From an uncultured Planctomycetota bacterium (GTDB lineage: Bacteria > Planctomycetota > Planctomycetia > Isosphaerales > Isosphaeraceae): a stretch of DNA of 64,000 nt. Where the stretch lies: positions 23,060 to 87,059 of the forward strand of contig CAWJTV010000016.1 in the NCBI GenBank assembly GCA_963845755.1. Direction: 5' to 3'. This document shows, in pieces, positions 42,311 through 51,740 of this stretch. Position 1 is the first letter of the stretch, and each line of letters opens with the position of its first letter. Under the pieces are notes generated by a model. It saw only the letters and a list, made by a program, of their open reading frames with translations, was not told where the DNA came from and did no database searches. Both the position numbers and the translations under genes were made by a program.

Positions 42311-43138
42311 TCAGGCCATCGTGGCCGGTCCGATCTGGGCTGCCAGGGGGATGCGGACGGTGAACTCGCTGCCCTGGCCGGGACCGCTACTGTGGGCGGC
42401 CACGCGGCCGCCATGCATCTCGATCAGCGACCGGGCCAGCGTCAGCCCGAGCCCCAGGCCGCTCCGCGAGCGCGCGAGGGTCGGATCGGCCTGGGCGAAG
42501 ACGTCGAATACGTGAGGGAGCAGGTCCTGCGCGATGCCGATCCCGTTGTCCCGGACGCAGACCACGACCTCGCGATCAGCCTGTTCGGCGGACAGGGAAA
42601 TTTCTCCCCCCGGGTCGGTGTACTTCGCGGCGTTGTTCAGGAGGTTCGAAAACACCTGGGCCATTCGGGTCGGGGCGACCTCCAGGAGGATCGGATGAGT
42701 GGGGAGGGTGACGGTCAGGTGATGATGGTGGTGCTCGATCAGGGGCTGGCTGGTCTCGACGGCCAGGTCCACCACCTGCTTCAGCTCGACCGGCTCCTTC
42801 CGGAGGACGACCTGACCGCGGAGGATCCGGGAGACGTCCAGCACCTCATCCACCATGCGGGTCACGGACTTGATCTGATCCTCGATGACCTTGACCGACC
42901 ACTCGAAATGGGGGCCGTTGAGCCCCTGGACCTTCATGATCTGCGCGGCGTTGCTGATCGGCGTCAGGGAATTGCGAAGCTCGTGGGCGAGCATGGCAAG
43001 GAACTGGTCCTTGCGCAGGTCGGCTTCTTTGAGGGCTTCCTCCAGGCGCCTCCGCTGGGCGATCTCGCGCTCCAGCTCCCGCTCCAGGGCCTCGTGCTCC
43101 CGGGCAACGGGATGCCCGGACTGGTCTTTCCCGGTCAT
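42311..43138 (-). CDS. Histidine kinase (HisKA + HATPase) without sensor domain
   Basis: FLAMLAHELRNSL, QVFSNLLNNAAKYT, DNGIGI, GLGLGL, GSEF. Confidence 0.92.
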   Translation of the reverse strand: MTGKDQSGHPVAREHEALERELEREIAQRRRLEEALKEADLRKDQFLAMLAHELRNSLTPISNAAQIMKVQGLNGPHFEWSVKVIEDQIKSVTRMVDEVLDVSRILRGQVVLRKEPVELKQVVDLAVETSQPLIEHHHHHLTVTLPTHPILLEVAPTRMAQVFSNLLNNAAKYTDPGGEISLSAEQADREVVVCVRDNGIGIAQDLLPHVFDVFAQADPTLARSRSGLGLGLTLARSLIEMHGGRVAAHSSGPGQGSEFTVRIPLAAQIGPATMA

Positions 43139-43288
43139 GCGCCGCTCCTTGATTCTCGATAGTCAGGGTTCTTGTCGCGATCTACCTGAACGCGCCTCGG
43201 TTGTCTGAAACATTCTGCGCATGTATAGTAGCCTAGGTTCTCAGCATCCTCCGGAAGGCCCGTCGGGAACCCAGAGAGGAGACGACCT

Positions 43289-44761
43289 TTGACTGGCAAC
43301 CAGACGAGTGCGGCGAGTCCCGAGGCTGCGCCCGGGGAGACGCCTCCGGCCGAGACGGCTCCTCCTTCCCGTCAACGGATCCTGATCGTCGAGGACAGCG
43401 AGACCGCCCGCAAGCAAATCCAGGTGTTCCTCGAGACCGACCCCGACCTCGCGGTGGATACGGCCGCCAACGGCAGCGACGCCCTCAAGGCGCTGACCGA
43501 GCGACCCTATAGCGTCATCGTCACGGATCTGAAGATGCCTCGGGTCGACGGCCTGCAACTCCTCGAGGAAGTGCAGAAGCGCCGGCCGCCGGCCGACGTG
43601 ATCATCACCACCGGCTTCGGCACGATCGAGCAGACCGTTCAGGCGATGCGGATGGGGGCCGTCGACTTCCTGACCAAGCCGATCAACCTGGAGCACCTCC
43701 GGCTGGTGATCCAGCGCGCCCTGCGCGAGCGGGCGCTCCAGGACGAGGTGACGGAGCTGCGCGAGAAGCTGTACAAGCAGTTCACGTTCCACAGCATCCT
43801 GAGTAAGAGCCCGCGGATGCACGATGTCTTCGAGCTGATCAGCCATGTGGCGCAGACCATCAGCACGGTCCTGATCTTCGGCGAGACCGGCACGGGCAAG
43901 GAGCTGGTGGCGCGCGCAGTGCACGGGTCGTCGCCGCGGCGTGACCACCCCTTCGTGGCGGTCAATTGCGCGGCGCTGCCGGAATCGCTCCTGGAGAGCG
44001 AGCTGTTCGGCCACGAGAAGGGGGCGTTCACCAGCGCCGTCGGCCAGCGCAAGGGCCGCTTCGAGCTGGCCCATGGCGGTACCATCTTCCTCGACGAAGT
44101 CGGCGAGATCCCCCTGGCCATGCAGGCCAAGCTGCTCCGCGTCCTCCAGGAACGCCGGTTCGAGCGGATCGGCGGTGCGCAGACGGTCGAGGTGGACGTC
44201 CGCGTCATCGCCGCCACCAACCGCGATCTGCTCCGCCTGACCAAGGAAGGGAAGTTCCGCGAGGACCTGTACTACCGGCTCAACGTCGTGAAGATCGATT
44301 TGCCCCCGCTGCACGAGCGTCCCGAGGACATCTCCCTGCTCGCCTCTCATTTCGTCCAGAAGTTCGGCGGCCCCGGGACGTCCTCCAAGACCATCTCCCC
44401 CGAGGCGATGGAAGCCCTGCTCCAGCATCGATGGCCCGGGAATATCCGCGAGCTGGAGAACGCCATCGAGCGGGCCTGTGTCACTTCCCGGGACGACACG
44501 ATCAAGGCGGAAAACCTTCCCACCGAGATCCTCAAGCCCGGCCGGCCCCGCTACCAACTCCCCGTCAACCTCTCCCGGCCCCTGACCGATCAGCTCGCCG
44601 AACTGACCGCCGCCTTCGAGGAACGCTATCTCCGCCGCGCCCTCAAGCGGACCCACGGCCACATCGGACGTACCGCCCGTCTGACCGGCCTCTCGCGGCG
44701 CACCATCACCGACAAGATCGCTCTCTACCAGATTGATAAAGCCGAATTCAAGAAAGATTAG
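43289..44761 (+). CDS. Sigma54-dependent response regulator (NtrC/AtoC family)
   Basis: Receiver (ILIVED, DLKMP), GETGTGKE, ESELFGHEKGAFTSA, FLDEVGE, WPGNIRELEN, Fis HTH. Confidence 0.95.
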   Translation: MTGNQTSAASPEAAPGETPPAETAPPSRQRILIVEDSETARKQIQVFLETDPDLAVDTAANGSDALKALTERPYSVIVTDLKMPRVDGLQLLEEVQKRRPPADVIITTGFGTIEQTVQAMRMGAVDFLTKPINLEHLRLVIQRALRERALQDEVTELREKLYKQFTFHSILSKSPRMHDVFELISHVAQTISTVLIFGETGTGKELVARAVHGSSPRRDHPFVAVNCAALPESLLESELFGHEKGAFTSAVGQRKGRFELAHGGTIFLDEVGEIPLAMQAKLLRVLQERRFERIGGAQTVEVDVRVIAATNRDLLRLTKEGKFREDLYYRLNVVKIDLPPLHERPEDISLLASHFVQKFGGPGTSSKTISPEAMEALLQHRWPGNIRELENAIERACVTSRDDTIKAENLPTEILKPGRPRYQLPVNLSRPLTDQLAELTAAFEERYLRRALKRTHGHIGRTARLTGLSRRTITDKIALYQIDKAEFKKD

Positions 44762-44773
44762 GCGGTTCTCGAT

Positions 44774-44964
44774 CGTATGCCATACGCGGTTCGCCGTACG
44801 CAATGAAGGTTGAAGACCCGGAAAATCGAAGGGCTTCACCATTTCTTGGATCCGCCATCATTGACCATGGTGTGGAGCCTCCGATGACCGGGCTGGGTTC
44901 CTGTCGCCCGGAGCCACAGAACTCCTGACTTCAACTGCACACGGCGTACCGCGTACTGCGTACT
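44774..44964. repeat. Inverted heptamer arrays flanking a short spacer between convergent genes
   Basis: CGTATGC-CATACGC-GGTTCGC-CGTACGC at 44774-44801; GCGTACC-GCGTACT-GCGTACT at 44944-44964. Confidence 0.6.
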
Positions 44965-44965
44965 T

Positions 44966-45889
44966 TCAAGGATTGCCGACTGCGTTGAAACCTTCGCTGC
45001 CGACCAGGACGCGGCTAGCTCCCAGGATGCCGACGAACCGGTCGCGGGCCGTCCAGAGTTTCGCCAGATCATTCCATTCGCCGAACCCGGCCTTTTCGAG
45101 CCGCTCGGCAAAGCTCGTGCGACGCGTCCGCCAACCGTTCGGCGAGCCGTCGCCGATCAAGTAATGGTCGAGGATCACACGGTCACAGGCGTCGTCGAGG
45201 CGCCGGGCGAACGAGTCGAGATCGACCACCGGCAGGAGGGGGCTGACCGTCGCCTGAGTGCGGATGCCCCGCGCGCGGAACCGCGCGAGGGTCGCCAGGC
45301 GGCGAGCTGGCGGGCTGGCGTGCGGCGGGAAGCCGGGCACCGGGTCCATGTCGGTCTCCACCGTCAGCGAGACCCACAGCTCGCAACGCGCCGACAGTTC
45401 CGCGATCCGGTCGATATCGCGGTCGACGAGCGTATGATGGCTCTGGATCACCAGGACGTCCGGGGGCCGATCAGACATCTCCTCCAGCAGCGAATGGGTC
45501 AGCCGCAGGGCTTTCTCCTGGGGGATATAAGGGTCGGTGCTGCTGCTCATGTAGATCTTCAGCGGCCGGGGATCACCTCGGCTAGGGCGCTTGATCCGGT
45601 CGTGGTCGCGGCGGTATGCCTCTCGGACCTGTCGCTTGGCGCCGTAGAGGCTCCAGCGACGCCCCCGGGTGATCCATCGGTTGTGCTGGGCATAGCAGTA
45701 GATCCCACACAGCGCGCCGGCGAAGGCGCATCCCTGGTAGACGTTGATCGTGTGCGTGTAGCCGGCCGCCAGGTATCCGCTGGTCGGGGTGAGGATCGTG
45801 GCGTTGTCAATCCGCGGGATCGATCGGGACGGCGCCGGAGATGAAGGTGTCGTGAGATCATCAGGCATGTCTAACCTTACCCTCATCAT
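44966..45889 (-). CDS. Radical SAM protein, spore photoproduct lyase/Rv2578c-like
   Basis: HTINVYQGCAFAGALCGIYCYA, IYMSSSTDPY, SLTVETD, RRLATL, TVSPLLP. Confidence 0.82.
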   Translation of the reverse strand: MMRVRLDMPDDLTTPSSPAPSRSIPRIDNATILTPTSGYLAAGYTHTINVYQGCAFAGALCGIYCYAQHNRWITRGRRWSLYGAKRQVREAYRRDHDRIKRPSRGDPRPLKIYMSSSTDPYIPQEKALRLTHSLLEEMSDRPPDVLVIQSHHTLVDRDIDRIAELSARCELWVSLTVETDMDPVPGFPPHASPPARRLATLARFRARGIRTQATVSPLLPVVDLDSFARRLDDACDRVILDHYLIGDGSPNGWRTRRTSFAERLEKAGFGEWNDLAKLWTARDRFVGILGASRVLVGSEGFNAVGNP

Positions 45890-48800
45890 TCACCCAGTTG
45901 GTGGATCGTGTTGTCGATGACACCCTCGATCGGTTCGCCTCCCTCGGTGCGGATCGTGTAGGTGATCTCCATGCCCCAGGTGGGTTGCAGCTTGGGGATC
46001 TCGAGCCGGACGGTACGACCGTCGTCGGAGACCGTCGCGGCGGTGATCCGCGCCGGCCGTTCGTTGTAGTGGATCGAACCATAATCGACGGTCCGCTTCA
46101 GCGACCAGGTCATGGCCGCGTAATGCGATGGGTCGCCGGCCGCTTTGCGATCGAGCCGCCCCGTAAACGTGATGGCGATGCCCCGCTTCCGGGCGTGCAG
46201 CTCGATCGGAACGTACATGGGTTTGCCCGTGGCGCGGATCCGGTAGAAGCCGCCGGGCTGGATCCGATTGCCGGCCCAGGCGTACAGGCCGCACGCGTAG
46301 AGCTGGCCATTGACCGGATGGAATCGGCCTCGCATCACGCCGGTCGGGAACGCCGGTAGCGGCAGGGCGCACATCCCCCCCTGCATCCGGCCGCCGACGA
46401 TCTCGTGCGGCACCACGAAGACCTTGCCGTTGCCGTACGAGAGGTTGAGCAAGGCCCCGCGCAACGGTGCCCAGGCGGGGCTGGCGCCCTCGACTCGGAC
46501 CAGCTCGCCCGGCGACCGATCGAAGGCGTTGGTGATCCAGCAGACGGGCGGTTCCATCGCGTCGTCGGACGTGTCGGTAACGTTGTGATAACCCCACATA
46601 TTCCCATAAAAGCCGCCGCGCCTGACCCAGTTGATCCGGTTCTTGGGCGTCCAGAACCCCTCCTGGTCCGTGAGGAAGAAGGTGCCGTCGGGGTTGAGGC
46701 AGACGCCGTTGGCCGCACGGAACCCGGTCGCCAGGATCTCGGTGGGCCCGCCCCCCTTGCCGACGCGCAAGAGCGTACCGTGCTGCGGGACCACCGCGGT
46801 CAATCCATGACGGGCCGCCTTGGCGTAGTAGAAGTTCCCGTCTGAGTCGATTTGCAGGCCCATCGCGAACTCGTGGAAATGCTCGGTGACCTGATGGTCG
46901 CTGTTGAAGCACTCGTAGTAGTCGGTCTCGCCGTCGCCGTTGAGGTCGCGGAGGCAGACGATCTGGTCGCGGCAGCCGACGTAGATCTGCCCGTCGACGA
47001 CTTTCAGGCCCAGCGGCTGGAACAATCCCGAGGCGATCCGCTGCCACGCGAGCCCATGCGACGGGTCATCGATTCCATCGACCAGCCAGACATCGCCGTC
47101 CCAGGTGCAGACCGCCGCGCGGTGGCCGTCGGGGAGGAAATCGAGGCCCGAGGGCCGCATCTGGCAGAGCCAGGGATTGTTGTCGGGGACCGTCAGGACA
47201 TCGGCTGCGAATGGCCCATCATCCCGGCCGATCACCGCCTGCGTCTTGAGGACATCGGGCCAACGCCGAGGCCCACCATGAGTGAGCGGCTCGAGCGACG
47301 TCGGCGGCGGTGAGGCCATCGCGTAGGCGTCGAGCGTCTTCGGGTCACCGCCCCACATCAACACCTTTACCACCCGCGATGATTCGCAGCGCGGGATGCT
47401 CAAGACCGTGTAACCATCGCCACGCCGCAGGCGCGCCGAACCATCGCCGGCCAGGCCGACGGCGATCGTCGGGGAAGCCACGCGCATCGACAGGTCGAGG
47501 GGCGACGGGCCGATCTCCAGGGTGCGGGTGAAGATCGGGATGTCCGGATGCGTCGGATCGAATTCGCGACCGGGTGTTTCGAGGACGCTGGCCGTGCCGA
47601 CGGTGTAGGCGAGGATCACCCGGTTGCCATGATGGTAGAGCCCCTGGTAATGAGCCCAGGAGCGCGGCAATGGCCCGTAGCGACGACCGTCGCGGCCTCG
47701 GATGCGCGGGTCGTCGGATTCGGGGTTTTCCGGATTGGCCCAACCGGGACCGTCCGGATCGGCGACGTGGACCCGGCCGACGATCCGGGGATGGACTTGA
47801 TGGCGGCCGTTGAAGTGGATGCAGTTCCAGTCGATGAAGCCGCGGCCGGTCCAGGCGGCGGACAGGCGGAGCGTGTCGTGTTCGTAGAGCATCCAGGCGT
47901 TTCCCCGAGACACCCCTCCCTGCCCCGGATCGAGCCGGACGGCGATCCCCTTGTAGGCGAAGTTCGAGCCGCCATCGCCGACCTCATAAGTCGCCATCAA
48001 GCTCGGCCCGTAATCCATCACGACCCAGGGCTCGATCGACGACGGCGCGGGACCTTGCGTCGTCCCCCTGGGCAGCCGGTCCAGGTACGTTTGATCGACG
48101 GCGGCAAACCGGCCCGGACCGCCCGTCTTGAGATAGGCTTCTCGAATGTAATAGATGACGTCGTACTTCTGCCGGGGGACCATCCAGGTCTGTGGTGCCA
48201 TCTGGCCGAAGCCGTCGGTGATCGTGCGATACAGGGTGTAGGGATCGCTGCCGTTCTTGAGCGTCGCGGAGGCGAAGCGGGGCGCGGTGGGCAAGGAACC
48301 CGGTTGGTCCTGGGTGCCGTGGCAATTGGCGCAGACGCGTCGATAGATCACCTCGCCTCGCCGGAAGTTCTCGGGTCCCAGGCCGGCGATCATCCCAGCG
48401 TGATCGATCCGGTGTTCGTAATCGGGCAAAGGAGGCGAGACCAGCGCCGGGTCAGGCCGCAGCGCGGCGGCGCGTGCCGGCCCCTGCTCGGCGATCTCGA
48501 TCAGGTAGCAGACCAGGTCGAGGAACTGCTGGCGCGATCCCAGCGCATTGATCAGCCCGGCCGGCATGATCGACGCCCCTCCCCGGCTCTGCTGCTCGAT
48601 CCGTTCCCTGGCGATCGTGATCGGCTTGCCGTCGCGGGCGGGATCGCGGAGGACCACGGCGTCGGGCCGCTCCTCGACCAACAGGCCGGTGACCGTCCGG
48701 CCGTCGTCGGTGGCGATCGTGACCGGCTCGTAACCCTTCCGGATCACCTTCGACGGCTCCAGGATCGCCTCGACCAGCTCGACGTCGGAGACTCCCTTGC

Positions 48801-49069
48801 CCAGAGTGGCCAGGTCGGGGCCGAGAGTTGGAGGCGCCTCGGCTTGTTCGTTGACGTGGCACCGGGTGCAAGTGAGGGCCGGTTGATAGAAGACCAACGC
48901 ACCCCGGCGGGCGTCGCCCAGCCGGCGGCGCATCGCGCGCCAGCGATGCCGGTCCCTCCCGGCGGAGCTGCTGGTCGAGCGGTCCCACCACCCCGGCCGG
49001 TGAGTCGGTGCCATCGACGGTGGCCCAAGTGAGAAGCAACAAGATTGAAGACACCAGGGAACTCATCAC
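45886..49069 (-). CDS. DUF6797 protein with two c-type heme domains and beta-propeller dehydrogenase-like domain (frameshift near 48930)
   Basis: Signal peptide, CTRCH and CANCH, SIMPAGL, MDYGPSL, NFAYKGIAVRLD, IASGLFQPLGL, HFHEFAMGL, GFRAANG. Confidence 0.85.
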
Positions 49070-49119
49070 GTCGATGGACTCCGCGCCTCAAGTTGGGAGC
49101 ATGCTGCCATTCTGGCAGA

Positions 49120-49400
49120 TCGGTTCGTTCCGTCGATGTCGGAGGATCTCGCCACGTGGCCTCCTGGGTTCGTTCGCGCAATTCCTATGGCTGGGAGACC
49201 TCGTCGGGCAGCGGCTTGGGTTTGTTCGCGCGATTTCCATCATAGCCGATGTTCTCGCCGCGCCGGGTCTTGGGTTCGTTCCGCTCGCAATTTCCAGGTC
49301 GGAGGGTCGCGTCCTGTCGGGCCTGGCTCTTGCTTCCATGCAGTGAATCATGACGACCGGTCGTTCCCAGCGGCTTGGGTTCGTTCGCGCCATTCCCATG
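49120..49400. repeat. Array of five spaced TGGGTTCGTTCGCGC-type repeats
   Basis: Copies starting 49120, 49165, 49217, 49271, 49376; consensus TTGGGTTCGTTCGCGCRATTTCC; largely unique spacers. Confidence 0.75.
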
Positions 49401-50263
49401 CCCGGGACCCCGTCCGTTTCTGGAATCCGGAATCCGGGACTGCAATCATCCAGCGGCCTGCCCTCCCGTCCTCTGAGTTGGCTCCCAGAATCCCGAGAAT
49501 CTTCGGCGATCCCCACGGCGTCAGGAGGATGGTGGGACCGCCGCCGGGCGGCACCGATCGTGGCCCAAAGTGGCACATTACGTACCAAATCGGGAAGGTC
49601 CCCATCCCCGATCTCGTTGGCCTGAAATGAGTTCGGGACGAGCGCTTGCCGGGTCGGTCCGGTCGGCTCCGGCGACCGGCCGACGGCCGAAGGTGACGAG
49701 TTCCGGGATCGGACATGGGTTGTGATGACGCCTCGGACGCGGCGGGGAACGGATCGTGCGAGCCCTCTGATGAACCCTCTACTATCAGGATGCCTCAACT
49801 TTAAAATTCCGTTAATGCACCTATGCCCGAATCGACGACTTTTCGCGCCCGAACTCTCAACAGGAGCGGGAGATCAGGAATTTTTCGAAAAAAAAAGGGC
49901 TGTGGTTTGCGCCGGGTCGTCGGGCGGGAATGGGGCGGACGGCGCGGTGATCGGCGCCGAGGGCCCCTGGAGGCCCGGGCCCAAAACGGCCGCTGTGCCG
50001 GGCACGGCCACCGGTGGTCTTCGGCGAGAACTCTCTCGGTAGGCTGCGGCGTTGCTCCAGTCGCAAATCGTGACCAAGCAAAACTTTACCGCTAAATTGG
50101 TCTCGGGCTTTGCACCGGAACGTGTTACCCGGGGTTGAACCAGGTCTTGATTACGACCGCCCCTTCGGGCTCATCAGCCGCGCGGAAACCCGCCGTGTTC
50201 CCCAACAGGTCCGGGATTTCCCGATGGCGCGGATCGCGGTGTTCACATGCAGCGACGCGACGG

Positions 50264-51589
50264 TCAAGGCGAGAGAGTTGACCCGACGGCTGACCGTTCT
50301 TCCGCAGCGGCATGCGGGCGGCCGTCCCCGACGACGAACGGCGGACCGGGTTGGAGCCGGACGTTCCGGAAGAACTCGGCATACTGCGGCCGGAGTCGGT
50401 TCGGATGCCAGCGCCCGGCCGCCTGGCGGGCCGCGCGGCTCTGCGCCTCGTAGAGTGCCCGGTCATCCCACAGCCGGATGATGGCCCGGATCCACGGCTC
50501 GACTTCCTCGGCGTCCGGCACGATCCGGGTGGTCGGGGTCAGCCGCTCGGGCAACGGCAGGATGAATCCGCAGTCGCCGAGCACCTCCGGGATCCCGCCC
50601 CGGTCCGAGCCGATCACCGGGATGCCGTTGATCATCGCCTCGATGGCCACCATCGGCTGGTTCTCCCACCAGAGCGAGGGCATCAGGATCATCCGGCTCA
50701 GCTCATAGAACTGCCGCGGATCGGTGCTATGGGGCATGATCTGAACGGAGACCTGGCTGTCCCGCCCCAGCCCGCGGGCGGCCAGGGCCTTGCGATCCCC
50801 TCGGCTCTCGACCACCAGGAAGGGGATATCGGGCCGTCGGCGGCCCAACTCCTGGGCGATCCGGACGAACGGGCCAACACCTTTCTCCACCACCGGATTG
50901 ACGAACGTGACGAACCGCGGCTCCCGGCGCTCGACGCGCACCCGCTCCCAGTTGACGGGATAGGGCAGGACATGGCAATCCAGGCCCACTTGCTCGCGAT
51001 AATGCCGGCGGGCGAACTCGGAGGGGACGAGGCCGTAATCGACGTTCGCGAACGGTTGCGGGCCCGTATACGCGAAGTTATGGAGCGCGAAGACGACGGG
51101 AATCCCGCGCCGCCTGGCCAGGTCAATCATGCCCTGCGTGATGGGATCGCCGCCATAGGTGAGCAGCACATCGGGCCGGAGGGACTTCAGGTGATCCTGG
51201 AAGAAACCCAGGACCGTGAGGATCTCCTCCGGCCTCGGCCGGTCGTGCCGGGTCGAATCCCGGCGGATGACGGTGATCGAGACGTAGCGGCGACGTAGGG
51301 AGATGACCTCCGAGCGTTGGGCACCGCGCGTGATGCGTCGAACCCGATACGGCTCGTGCAGTCCGCCGAGGACCTGGTCGAAGCCGGCCTCCTGGGGCAA
51401 GTCGAGCTGGGTTGTGCAGAAGGCGTGGGAGGAGAGCCCGGACTCCGCGAGTCCCTGGAGCAGATCGAGCGTGGCCGTCGCGGCGCCGTTGGAGAAATCG
51501 AGGACGGAGTGCACCGAGGCGAAGAGGACCGTCCTCGTGATCAGGGACGGGCCGGCTTGCCCGCCGGATGCGGTCTGCTGTTCGCTCAT
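50264..51589 (-). CDS. Glycosyltransferase family 4 (GT-B)
   Basis: RPDVLLTYG, VFALHN, VPSEF, TFVNPVVEKG, LMPSLWWENQPMVAIEAMINGIPVIGSDRGGIPE. Confidence 0.9.
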   Translation of the reverse strand: MSEQQTASGGQAGPSLITRTVLFASVHSVLDFSNGAATATLDLLQGLAESGLSSHAFCTTQLDLPQEAGFDQVLGGLHEPYRVRRITRGAQRSEVISLRRRYVSITVIRRDSTRHDRPRPEEILTVLGFFQDHLKSLRPDVLLTYGGDPITQGMIDLARRRGIPVVFALHNFAYTGPQPFANVDYGLVPSEFARRHYREQVGLDCHVLPYPVNWERVRVERREPRFVTFVNPVVEKGVGPFVRIAQELGRRRPDIPFLVVESRGDRKALAARGLGRDSQVSVQIMPHSTDPRQFYELSRMILMPSLWWENQPMVAIEAMINGIPVIGSDRGGIPEVLGDCGFILPLPERLTPTTRIVPDAEEVEPWIRAIIRLWDDRALYEAQSRAARQAAGRWHPNRLRPQYAEFFRNVRLQPGPPFVVGDGRPHAAAEERSAVGSTLSP

Positions 51590-51700
51590 GGGTAGCGGCC
51601 TGATCGGGTGTACGAGAAGCCCCGGTGGGGTGGGTCGAACGCCGGATCGCGGCGTGAGGCCCACCGAGTTCCCCGGCGCATCCGAACAACCGCACGGATG

Positions 51701-51740
51701 ATTCCCATTTTGGCTGGACCAAGTTTTGGGGGCCAGGCCA
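51701..51740 (-). mobile_element. Orphan IS3-family terminal inverted repeat
   Basis: ATTCCCATTTTGGCTGGACCAAGTTTTGGGGGCCAGGCCA is in register with both ends of the IS3 at 60993 and 64000; marks a visible GC drop to the right. Confidence 0.75.

Noticed and set aside
43241..44842. Long antisense ORFs (e.g. 533 aa here; also 1071..2453, 9937..11229, 36211..37746, 47548..49032)
   Set aside because: Shadow ORFs opposite well-supported genes, expected in high-GC DNA; no motifs
49120..49400. CRISPR array
   Set aside because: Repeats are only about 15-22 nt, degenerate and unevenly spaced; no cas genes in the window. Kept as an unexplained repeat array.
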